From NCBI GenBank assembly GCA_965116875.1, contig OZ220733.1, positions 3,104,001 to 3,168,000 on the forward strand: DNA of 64,000 nt. Direction: 5' to 3'. The stretch comes from Candidatus Latescibacterota bacterium. Lineage in GTDB: Bacteria > Latescibacterota > UBA2968 > GCA-2709665. Numbering within the stretch: position 1 is the first letter of the stretch; each line of letters opens with the position of its first letter. The notes under the pieces are model-generated. The model did not search any database. It was not told where the DNA came from and worked only from the letters and a program-made list of their open reading frames with translations. The position numbers and the translations under genes are program-made. Below, piece by piece: positions 49,401 through 57,726 of this stretch.

Positions 49401-52400
49401 GCGGCGGGCCTGGTCCACGGCGACTCGTCGGTGGTGAAGGCCACGCCGCGGTCCTGTCCCGTGATCACGGTGGGCGGCATCGAGGATGCGACGATCACGC
49501 TGGGCGGGTCCGTCTCGATGACGGCCGCAGCCGCCGGCGGCGCGGCGCCGCATGCATATGCCATGTCGGTGTCTCCCGAGACCGGATCGGGCCTGTCCAT
49601 CGGTGAGGAAGACGGCAGCATCACCGGCACGCCCACGGCCGCGGGCACGTATACCGTAACCGTGACCGCAACGGACGACGACGGCTGCGTGGGCGCGGGC
49701 GCGTTCACGCTGAAGGTGTGTCCCGTGATCACGGTGGGCGGGCTGCGCGACACGACGATCACGCTGGGGCAGGCCGTCTCGATGACGGCCGCCGCGACGG
49801 GCGGCACGGCGCCGCGTGAATTTTCCCTGTCCGTGTCTCCCGAGACCGGATCGGGCCTGTCCATCGATGAGGAGGACGGCAGCATCACCGGCACGCCCAC
49901 GGCCGCGGGCACGTACACCGTCACCGTGACCGCAACCGACGCCGACGGCTGCACCGGCACGGGCGCGTTCACGCTGAAGGTGTGTACGGTCATTACCGTG
50001 AGCGGGCTGAAAGATACGACGATCACGCTGGGCGGGTCCGTCTCGATGTCGGCCAGCGGACCGGGCAGCCCCGCGTCATACTGGTACACGCTGTCGGTAA
50101 CGCCGGCAACGGGGTCCGGCCTGACCGTCGGGGAACGCAACGGCAGTATCACCGGCACGCCCACGGCCGCGGGTACGTACGCCGTCACCGTGACCGTGAA
50201 GGACGACGACGGCTGCATGGGCACGGGCGCGTTCACGCTCAAAGTCTGTACCGCGATCACGGTCACGGCGCCGGGCGATGCGACGGTGACGGTCGGTCAG
50301 CAACTCTCGCTCAATGCGCGCGCGACAGGGGGCTGCGGGACGATCACGTTCAGGAAGAAGAGCGGTTCCGGCTGGGTCACGGTGCACGCGAACGGGAACG
50401 TCCGGGGCACGGCGCCGGGTACGCCCGGAAAGCACAGGGTCACGATCACGGCCACGGATACGGAAGGCAACAGCGCCGACAGGTCGTTCACCATTACCGT
50501 TCGGTGCAGTCGCGTCAGAATCGACGACGTCGACGACATGACCGTGACGGCGGGCGCGTCGAAGTCGTTCACGGCAACCGCTCGCGGCGGATGCGGGTCG
50601 AAGACGTTTTCGAGGGAAAGTGGGCCGGAGTGGGTAGAAGTCACAAGCGGCGGGAGCATTACGGTGGCGCCGCCGGCAGACACGACACCCGGCCCTTACG
50701 ACGCCAGGGTGCGGGCGCAGGACAATTACGGGAACCCCGACGGGGAGTCCTTCAGGATAGAGGTAAGACCTCGCCCATGTCCGACGATCAGCGTCAGTGC
50801 CGGCAGCGAAATGTCGGTCGTCGTCGGTGAAGATATCACGCGGACCGTGACGGCCACCGGCGGGGAGTCGCACACCTTTACACTTTCGGTCAGCCCGTCG
50901 TCGGGCATAAGCCTCTCGATAGGAGAAACGAGCGGACGCATCACCGGCAGCGCCTCGAAAGCAGGCACGTACACCGTAACCGCGACCGCCCGGGCCGTCG
51001 GTGCGTCGGCCGGCTGTGACCCCGGCACGGATTCATTCACTGTGACCGTGACCTGTCCGACGATTACGGTGGACGGGCTGCGTGACGTGACGGTGAAGAA
51101 GGGACAGGCGATGCCATCGATGACGGCGACGGCATCGGGAGGTCAGTCGCCGTATACGTTCACGAGGAAAATGGGGCCGTCGTGGGTGACGGTCTCGTCC
51201 GGCGGGGCCATAGGCGGTACGGTTACGGGAGATCCCGACCAATACGACGTGACGGTGGAAGCGACGGACGATTGCGGCTGCAAGGGTACCGGCTCATTCA
51301 GGATCACCGTCGAATGCCCTGAGATAAGCATTGCGTCGATCGACAACGTCACGGTGACGCAGGAAGATGAAATGCAGACGAGGACGGCGACCGCGTCGGG
51401 CGGCAAGGCGCCGTACACGTATACGATGTCAGGGCAGCCGTCGGGGGCAGATATCGACGCATCGAGCGGGGTGATCGGCGGCAAGGTCACGGACGACGCC
51501 GGCACGTACAACGCGACGGTGACGGCGACGGACTCGAGCGGCTGCAAGGGCACGGGCGGATTCAAGATCATCGTCATCGCAAAGGCGCCGGAGGTCACGT
51601 GCCCCTCTGATCAGGAGGTGACGCAGGGCGGCTCGATTTCAGGAATCGCGGCGACGGTGTCCGGCGGGACGCCGCCGATTACCTTCCTGCCGCTGTCGAT
51701 TCACCCATCGACCGGATTGACAATGTCCATATCGCAGGACGGATCGATGACCGGGACGGCCGGCGCGGCGGGTGTTTACAAGGTGACGGTGGCCGTAGAA
51801 GATGATCTTGACAGGCCGGGTTCGTGCTTCTTCACCGTCGACGTTGCCTGCCCGCCGCTGTATCTCGGGTACATCTCTGCCGTGGTGGCGCAGAAGGGTT
51901 CGGCCATATCCGCGATCCAGGCCAGGGCCTCCGGCGGGTGTCCTCCCCTCGAGTATTCGCTGTCGTCCAGCCCGTCCTCCGGCGCAGGCCTGTCCATCGG
52001 CGCGTCGAGCGGCAGGATTACCGGCGCCCCCACGGCCGTGGATACGTTCGAGGTGACGGTGACGGTGACCGACTCCGCGGGCGCGTCGAAGGCGAGGACG
52101 TTCGAGATGCGGGTGGCGGCGCCGCTGTCCGTGGACGCGCCGGACGTGTGGGAGGCGGTGGACGTGCCGATTCTGAGTGTATTCGTCACGGCATCGGGCG
52201 GGCAGCCGCCCTACCGGTATTCGCTGTCCGGCGGTCCGTTCGGGCTTTCGCTGAACGCGACGACCGGTGAGTTCACCGGCGAGGTGGGAGAGACGGGGAC
52301 GTGGAACGCCACGGTGAGGGTGACGGACGCGGACAGGCGCAGCAAGTCCGCCGGCATCACAGTCACGATCTACCTGCCCGGCGACTTCAACGGCGACGGC

Positions 52401-52598
52401 AGGCGCGATGCTGCCGATGCGAAGCTTTTCAACAAGAAGATGGGGCTTCGCAGATCGAACGCGGGTTACGACCGGCGTATGGACCTGAACAGGGACGGGA
52501 TCATCAACTATGCGGATTTCGTCATCCTGTCGGGGTATATCGAACGCGACGCGTCGTCCGGCAGCAGCGGGTCCGGTGGCGGTGGTAGCGGCGGGTGA
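46464..52598 (+). CDS. 2044-aa secreted surface protein: ~10 FN3, ~11 Ig-like repeats, C-terminal dockerin-like double EF-hand
   Basis: Repeated P.AP..L.A..GDG.V.L.W...VTGLTNGT.YTFEVRA; repeated GLSI...G.ITGTPTAAGTYTVTVTATD; tail GDFNGDGRRD...DLNRDGIINYADF. Confidence 0.9.
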   Translation: MRYRIPDLGRRCGTCVASMFAVMVLCAPSVCGAGTSPTALRVTLEESVAVIRWEAPSEDASSVTNYEIAWEGSHDGTLPVRSGAIWTKGRATTWDLDLSSNGGLRYLWFKVRAMRGLEGSGWTDTIYLDVEAARQRPPSAPDSLRARPGDGAVALTWAAADDATITGYEVQYAAGGATSPPDWTAAVWREIADSDSTTTAHTVTGLTNGTEYTFEVRARNPAGAGDSSRVTATPISLPSAPDSLRARPGDGQVTLTWADADDATIAGYETRFTTTGFTGPPDWTDVSWVEIPDSDARTTTHVLTGLTNGDVYTFQLRARNTAGPGGPATVTAAPRPPPSSPVDLRASAGEGTVRLTWDDAADPRIRSYETRYGERALPLPEAWETIAGSDGFTTSHAVTGLTDGVLVTFEVRARNASGAGDSSRVTAAAGRPVSPDSLRAGVGDGQVALSWAAADNAAITGYEMRYGETASPLPAWSDEAHIADSDAATVSHAVTGLTNGTSYTFEVRAVSAAGSGASARASATPVRAPLAPGNVKAWPGAGTAAVTWDDPGYPGITGYETRYGESGSALPEVWSAIANSDGNTVSHVVTGLTDGASYTFEVRALNAAGAGPSGAASVRVGALPAPGNVSATAGAGTVTLGWNDVGRPGVAGYETRYGERGSALPEVWSAIAKSDANTVSHTVTGLTDGVLYTFEVRAKNPAGAGQAARVTAAPGTPSAPGNLRWSQDAGTVRLTWDAADNAAITEYQVRYRMGETWDPDWTTIAGSGGSTTGHEITGLTRVTSYTFQVRAVSAAGDGEAAAVMPMAPKMPLNLSAYGGVGRARLSWADPDDATITSYQVRYGESGSALPAWTAAHDVAGSDAATTEHTVEPLTSGTPYAFEVRAKNTAGPGPAASAAATPVPGAPANLEGRPGNGVVTLSWTDPEDAGITGYELVHYAGAARPSPAVWREIDNSGPATVSHAVPDLTNGTAYTFEVRAAAGLVHGDSSVVKATPRSCPVITVGGIEDATITLGGSVSMTAAAAGGAAPHAYAMSVSPETGSGLSIGEEDGSITGTPTAAGTYTVTVTATDDDGCVGAGAFTLKVCPVITVGGLRDTTITLGQAVSMTAAATGGTAPREFSLSVSPETGSGLSIDEEDGSITGTPTAAGTYTVTVTATDADGCTGTGAFTLKVCTVITVSGLKDTTITLGGSVSMSASGPGSPASYWYTLSVTPATGSGLTVGERNGSITGTPTAAGTYAVTVTVKDDDGCMGTGAFTLKVCTAITVTAPGDATVTVGQQLSLNARATGGCGTITFRKKSGSGWVTVHANGNVRGTAPGTPGKHRVTITATDTEGNSADRSFTITVRCSRVRIDDVDDMTVTAGASKSFTATARGGCGSKTFSRESGPEWVEVTSGGSITVAPPADTTPGPYDARVRAQDNYGNPDGESFRIEVRPRPCPTISVSAGSEMSVVVGEDITRTVTATGGESHTFTLSVSPSSGISLSIGETSGRITGSASKAGTYTVTATARAVGASAGCDPGTDSFTVTVTCPTITVDGLRDVTVKKGQAMPSMTATASGGQSPYTFTRKMGPSWVTVSSGGAIGGTVTGDPDQYDVTVEATDDCGCKGTGSFRITVECPEISIASIDNVTVTQEDEMQTRTATASGGKAPYTYTMSGQPSGADIDASSGVIGGKVTDDAGTYNATVTATDSSGCKGTGGFKIIVIAKAPEVTCPSDQEVTQGGSISGIAATVSGGTPPITFLPLSIHPSTGLTMSISQDGSMTGTAGAAGVYKVTVAVEDDLDRPGSCFFTVDVACPPLYLGYISAVVAQKGSAISAIQARASGGCPPLEYSLSSSPSSGAGLSIGASSGRITGAPTAVDTFEVTVTVTDSAGASKARTFEMRVAAPLSVDAPDVWEAVDVPILSVFVTASGGQPPYRYSLSGGPFGLSLNATTGEFTGEVGETGTWNATVRVTDADRRSKSAGITVTIYLPGDFNGDGRRDAADAKLFNKKMGLRRSNAGYDRRMDLNRDGIINYADFVILSGYIERDASSGSSGSGGGGSGG

Positions 52599-52601
52599 CG
52601 C

Positions 52602-52709
52602 GGTAGGGGCGTCCCCTGTGGGCCTGCCTGCAGCGCAGAGCACTGCGCAGGCAGGCGTCCGGACTGTGAGGAAGCCTTCTTCAGGGTGGGGCGGACATTC
52701 CTGTCTGCC
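52602..52709 (+). repeat. Partial copy of the array spacer (class B REP with nested palindrome, class A REP)
   Basis: 52604-52674 closely matches 60047-60117; ends with the class A 24-mer. Confidence 0.85.
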
Positions 52710-52773
52710 TGCTTTTCTGCCCCGTGTCCGCTTCGTGCGCGGGAGTCACCATTCTAACGGAGGTGATTGGATC

Positions 52774-55023
52774 ATGAGAAACCGAATCGTCGGAGCAGTG
52801 CTGACGACGTCGATGTGCATGATTGCCTGGCAGTACGTATCTACCGTGGCGTGGGCCTCATCCGCGCCATCGGACAGCGTGCATTCCTGCGCGGCGGCGG
52901 CATACGAGGCGTGGCTTCGTGAGCACCCTTTGCCTGCTGGCAAGCGGGCGTCGGCGCAGACGGGCTCCTGGGACCGCAATCGGCGGACGGTGCGCACGGT
53001 CTACTTCCATCCCGCCGGCACGGCAATTCGTGCGGACGTGGTGGATACGATCAAGGTGCTGGTACGACGTGCGCAGGCCCTGTTCGAGCAGCAGATGGCG
53101 GCGCACGGGTATGGCGCGAGGACCTTCCGCATAGAGACCGACGGGGATGGCGAGCCGCTGGTGCATCACGTGACGGGACAACACGGGTTCAGTCACTACC
53201 AGGAAAGCCGTCTTAGAATCTACAACACAATCTCCGAGGTGGAGGAACGTTTCAATGTGCAGTCGAACGTGGTTCTCATGTTTATCGACTACCTTAAGGT
53301 ACCGGGCATCGGGGGATGGGGGGGCCGGGACGGGAAGCATGGCGGGACGGCTCAGGTGATGGTCACCGAGCGCTCTACGGGAGGGCTTAGATATAGCGAA
53401 GAAATCCTGGATACAGTCACCCATGAACTTGGCCACGCCTTCGGACTGTGGCACGACTTTCGCGGCCACGACACCATAATGTCATACGGCGCTGTGCGGG
53501 ATTCGATATCGCCGTGTGCCGCCGCCCGTCTGTCCGTGCATCCGTATTTCAACGATGCGGTCCCGGTCGAAGAAGGGACGCGGCCCACGGTCGAGGTCAT
53601 CTCGGACCGGTATGCATCGGGGGCGACGTTTCTGCCCGTGCGTTTGAGAGTAAGCGATGCGGAAGGGGTCCATCTGGTGAATCTGGGTGGGATACGTGAC
53701 GTACCCGAAACGATCGAGGCGTGCCGGCTGCTTTCCGGCGAGCGGGAAGCCATCGTCGAATTCGAGATTGAGATTCTGAAGATTACCGGTTGGTTTCCCC
53801 ATACGTTGCAACAGCGCGTGGCGCACGAACTCTTCGCTGAGGTCATCGATACCGAGGGGGACCGGGAATTGCACCACTTCACTTATTACGAGGTCTCGAG
53901 ACACCAGGTTGCCGTTATGGAGGGGCACGAAGGTTGGGTTAATTCCGTGGCCGGTTGGGTTAATTCCGTGGCCTTTTCGCCGGACGGAAAGACCCTGGCC
54001 GCCGCATCGCTCAATATGATCGGGCTGTGGGACACCGCGACGTGGGAGGAGATCGCCACGCTGAAGAGGCGAGTGGGGCAGGGGGAGACCACCGTCGCCT
54101 TTTCACCGGACGGGAAGACCCTTGCCGCGGGCGGGGACAGGGTTGTGCTGTGGGACACCGCGACCTGGGAACAGATCGCCGCCCTGGAACGGTTCACTTG
54201 GCGATCTTACTATTCGCAAGTCGCGTTTTCGCCGGACGGGGCCACCCTGGCTGCCGGTAATTCTGATGGCGACGTGATCCTATGGGACACCGCGACGTGG
54301 GAAGAGATCGCCGCGCTGGAGGGGCACACCGAGAAAGTGTCTTCCCTGGCGTTCTCACCGGATGGGAAGCTCCTGGCATCGGCGTCGCGGGAAGAGGATC
54401 GCGGGGTCAGGCTGTGGGACGTGGCGTCCGGAGTGGAGTATACCGTGCCAAATACGAAAGGCGAATGGTCCGATGCCGTGGCGTTCTCGCCGGACGGGAG
54501 CACGCTGTTTGCCGGGATGGGCAATGGCGTCAGAATGTGGGACGCGGCCTCCCGGGAAGCGCTCCTTGCATACCCGCTTCATCGGGGTACGGTCATTTCT
54601 CTCGCGCCGTCGCCCGATGGGTCCGCCATGGCTTCCGGCGACCAAATAGGCGACGTCCACGTATGGGATCTTGGTGAGGCTCACTTAATGAGTTTTCATA
54701 AACACGCATACATCGTCAACGTCGCGCATCCGGGGAATATCCACTCGCTGGCGTTCTCTCCGGACGGGTACACGCTGGCCGCAGGCGCGGGAGGCGAGGT
54801 TGTCATATGGGATCTGTCGCCGTACTTCATCCCGGCATCCCGGAGCGCCGACCTCGATGGGGACGGAACCGTGGGCTTCGCCGACTTCGTGCTGTTCGCA
54901 CAGAAGTACGGGCACACCCGCGGCCAGCGGGGGTACGACCGCCGCTTTGACCTGGACGATGACGGCGAGGTGGGGTTCGGTGACTTCCTCATCTTCGCCG
55001 GGGCGTTCGGCCAGGGTGCGTAG
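52774..55023 (+). CDS. Secreted zinc metallopeptidase-WD40-dockerin-like protein 1
   Basis: GGAGGTG RBS; signal peptide; HELGHAFGLWH plus IMSY Met-turn; ~7 WD40 repeats; double EF-hand tail. Confidence 0.88.
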   Translation: MRNRIVGAVLTTSMCMIAWQYVSTVAWASSAPSDSVHSCAAAAYEAWLREHPLPAGKRASAQTGSWDRNRRTVRTVYFHPAGTAIRADVVDTIKVLVRRAQALFEQQMAAHGYGARTFRIETDGDGEPLVHHVTGQHGFSHYQESRLRIYNTISEVEERFNVQSNVVLMFIDYLKVPGIGGWGGRDGKHGGTAQVMVTERSTGGLRYSEEILDTVTHELGHAFGLWHDFRGHDTIMSYGAVRDSISPCAAARLSVHPYFNDAVPVEEGTRPTVEVISDRYASGATFLPVRLRVSDAEGVHLVNLGGIRDVPETIEACRLLSGEREAIVEFEIEILKITGWFPHTLQQRVAHELFAEVIDTEGDRELHHFTYYEVSRHQVAVMEGHEGWVNSVAGWVNSVAFSPDGKTLAAASLNMIGLWDTATWEEIATLKRRVGQGETTVAFSPDGKTLAAGGDRVVLWDTATWEQIAALERFTWRSYYSQVAFSPDGATLAAGNSDGDVILWDTATWEEIAALEGHTEKVSSLAFSPDGKLLASASREEDRGVRLWDVASGVEYTVPNTKGEWSDAVAFSPDGSTLFAGMGNGVRMWDAASREALLAYPLHRGTVISLAPSPDGSAMASGDQIGDVHVWDLGEAHLMSFHKHAYIVNVAHPGNIHSLAFSPDGYTLAAGAGGEVVIWDLSPYFIPASRSADLDGDGTVGFADFVLFAQKYGHTRGQRGYDRRFDLDDDGEVGFGDFLIFAGAFGQGA

Positions 55024-55209
55024 TGCGGCGCTCCCACCGTCGCGCAATGCGACGGCGGCGACGCATTTTGCGACACGCCTGCAGTGCCGCGAATAGCCAA
55101 TTCGCGTTACCGAATCACGCGGCCACGTTGGCATTGCAGGGGCGTCCCTTGTGGGTGCCCGCACTGTGAGGAACCCTTCTTGAGGGTGGGGCGGACATTC
55201 CTGTCTGCC
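55021..55209 (+). repeat. Structured intergenic spacer, full copy 1
   Basis: Near-identical to 57459-57667 and largely to 59944-60117; several hairpins. Confidence 0.9.
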
Positions 55210-55265
55210 TGCCTTGGTGTCCCTGTGTCCGTGACCGGTGTCGCCACAATAACGGAGGTGATTGG

Positions 55266-57461
55266 ATGATGAAAAACCGAATCGTCGGAGCGCTGCTGAC
55301 GACGTCGATGTGCGTGATGACCTGGCAGTACGTATCTACCGTGGCGTGGGCCTCATCCGCGCCATCGGACAGCGTGCATTACTGCGCAGTGCCGGACCCC
55401 GATGCGTGGCTTCGTGAGCACCCTGTGCCGGCGGGCAAATGGTCGGCGGAAAAGAACGCGGGGGAACCGGGGACGGTGCGCATGATCTACTTTCTGCCGA
55501 ACGACCGCCCGTATCGGCAGACGGTGGTGGATACGATGAAAGCGACGATGCGCCGTGTTCAGACCTGGTACGCGGTGCAGATGGCGTCGCACGGGTACGG
55601 GTATATGACGTTCCGGTATGAGGAGGACGGTGCCGGGGAGCCCGTGGTGCACCGCCTGGTCGGCAAGCACGACGACGCGTACTATCTAAACGACACGTGG
55701 GTGTCCGTGAATTGGGAGCTCGTGCAGGCGTTCGAGGGCGACAATCGCGTCTATTTTGTCGTGATAGACAACAGCAGGGGTAGGGTTCCCTTCGGCGGTC
55801 GCATGTGGGTGAATGGACTCGGATCCGGGTTAAGGTCAAGAGGCACCGCGATGGTTCCCGTCGGATACAAATTCACGACGGCGGCGCACGAACTGGCGCA
55901 CGCCTTCGGGATGAGTGCGCACGATTTCCGGGACACGTCCTACATCCTGTCGTATGGCCGCGGGAAGAACCGGTTGTCGGCGTGCTCGGCGGGACATCTT
56001 GCGGTGTCGCCGTACTTCAACCGCGAGCTTTCGATTGAAACGGACTGGGATTCCAGACCCACCGTCGAATACCTGGGCGCGAGCCGGTGGTATCCCGCAG
56101 GCACAGCGCGCGTCACGCTGCCGTGGCGCGTGTCCGACCCTGACGGGGTGCACATGGTGTTCCTGAACGTTGGCAGACCAGTGGGAGGTTCGCTGTCAGG
56201 GGAGGTGAAGGCGTGCCGCATGCTGTCAGGTCAGACGGAAGCGGTGGTGGCGTTCGAGTATGACGGTGTGATCCCGTCGCTGCCCAATTCGGGTTTTTTC
56301 GATCCGATCACACACAAGTATTACGCGTTAGCGTATGATAGGCGGGGGTACCGTAAGAACAACTCGACCGCCATTGCGCAGGCGTCGCCGCATCACGTGG
56401 CGACCATCGAGTCGCAGGCGGACGTCCTCGTCGACATGGCGATATCTCCCGAACGTGGGCTGTTGGCCGCGGGGTCCGTGGACGGGCGCGTGCAGGTGTG
56501 GGACGTGGACACGTGGGAGGTGATCGCCGTGCTGGACGAACCCGAAGAGGCGGTCGCGAGTGTGGCGTTCTCTCCCGACGGCGGGCTGCTGGCAGCGGGA
56601 GAATTCTTCGACGACCCGATCCGTCTGTGGGATGTGGAAACGTGGCAGGAGATCGCCGTGCTGGAAGGGCATTCTGGTTACGTGGATGAGGTGGCGTTCT
56701 CACCCGACGGGAAGCTATTGGCGTCGGCGTCTCATGACAGCACCGTGAGGGTATGGGACGTGGCGGCGCGCCGGGAGATCGCCGTGCTGGACGCGCATAC
56801 GAGCAGTGTGTACTCGGTCGCGTTTTCGCCCGAAGGGGGCGTATTGGCATCGGCGTCGAGAGACAGTACGGTGAAGCTGTGGGACGTGGACACGTGGGAG
56901 GAGACCGCCACGCTGGAAGGGCGACACCAGGTCTGGGCGCTGGCGTTCTCGCCCGACGGCAGCCTGCTGGCATCGGGGGAACGGTTTTTCGGGGTCAGGC
57001 TGTGGGACGTGGCGTCGCGGCGGCAGGTCGCCGGGGTGAAAGCGGCGTATCCGTTCGCGATCGCGTTCTCTTCCGACGGGCGTATCCTGGCGGTCGAACG
57101 CAATTCCAGCAACGTCTTCCTGTGGGACGTGGTCAGTGAGGAAATCCTCGAGGCGTACGCGCATCCTACCGGCAGCGTGGGGTCGGCCGCGTTCCTGCCC
57201 GACGGGAAGCTATTGGCTGTGATGGACAAGGACGGGATCGAACTGTGGGACGTGTCCCCGCACACCGGCCCTGCATCGCGCATCCCGGACTACGACGGTG
57301 ACGGTGCGGTGGGCCTAGGCGACTTCGTGAAGTTCGTGGCGAAATTCGGATACAGCCGCGGCCAGGACGGGTACGATCCGCGCTACGACCTGGACGGTGA
57401 CGGCGAGGTGGGGTTCGGTGACTTCCTCATCTTCGCCGGGGCCTTCGGCCAGGGTGCGTAG
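55266..57461 (+). CDS. Secreted zinc metallopeptidase-WD40-dockerin-like protein 2
   Basis: HELAHAFGMSAH; ~7 WD40 repeats; DYDGDGAVGLGDF...DLDGDGEVGFGDF. Confidence 0.88.
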   Translation: MMKNRIVGALLTTSMCVMTWQYVSTVAWASSAPSDSVHYCAVPDPDAWLREHPVPAGKWSAEKNAGEPGTVRMIYFLPNDRPYRQTVVDTMKATMRRVQTWYAVQMASHGYGYMTFRYEEDGAGEPVVHRLVGKHDDAYYLNDTWVSVNWELVQAFEGDNRVYFVVIDNSRGRVPFGGRMWVNGLGSGLRSRGTAMVPVGYKFTTAAHELAHAFGMSAHDFRDTSYILSYGRGKNRLSACSAGHLAVSPYFNRELSIETDWDSRPTVEYLGASRWYPAGTARVTLPWRVSDPDGVHMVFLNVGRPVGGSLSGEVKACRMLSGQTEAVVAFEYDGVIPSLPNSGFFDPITHKYYALAYDRRGYRKNNSTAIAQASPHHVATIESQADVLVDMAISPERGLLAAGSVDGRVQVWDVDTWEVIAVLDEPEEAVASVAFSPDGGLLAAGEFFDDPIRLWDVETWQEIAVLEGHSGYVDEVAFSPDGKLLASASHDSTVRVWDVAARREIAVLDAHTSSVYSVAFSPEGGVLASASRDSTVKLWDVDTWEETATLEGRHQVWALAFSPDGSLLASGERFFGVRLWDVASRRQVAGVKAAYPFAIAFSSDGRILAVERNSSNVFLWDVVSEEILEAYAHPTGSVGSAAFLPDGKLLAVMDKDGIELWDVSPHTGPASRIPDYDGDGAVGLGDFVKFVAKFGYSRGQDGYDPRYDLDGDGEVGFGDFLIFAGAFGQGA

Positions 57462-57667
57462 TGCGGCGCTCCCACCGTCGCGCAATGCGACGGCGGCGAC
57501 GCATTTTTCGACACGCCTGCAGTGCCGCGAATAGCCAATTCGCGTTACCGAATCACGCGGCCACCTTGGCATTGCAGGGGTGTCCCTTGTGGGCCTGTCT
57601 GCCGCCAGGCAGGCGTCCGGACTGTGAGGAAGCCTTCTTGAGGGTGGGGCGGACATTCCTGTCTGCC
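57459..57667 (+). repeat. Structured intergenic spacer, full copy 2
   Basis: Direct repeat of 55021-55209 with a short extra palindrome inside the class B REP. Confidence 0.9.
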
Positions 57668-57726
57668 TGATTTGCTGTCCCGTTGTCCACGGCCGGAGTC
57701 GCCATTATACCGGAGGTGATTGGATC

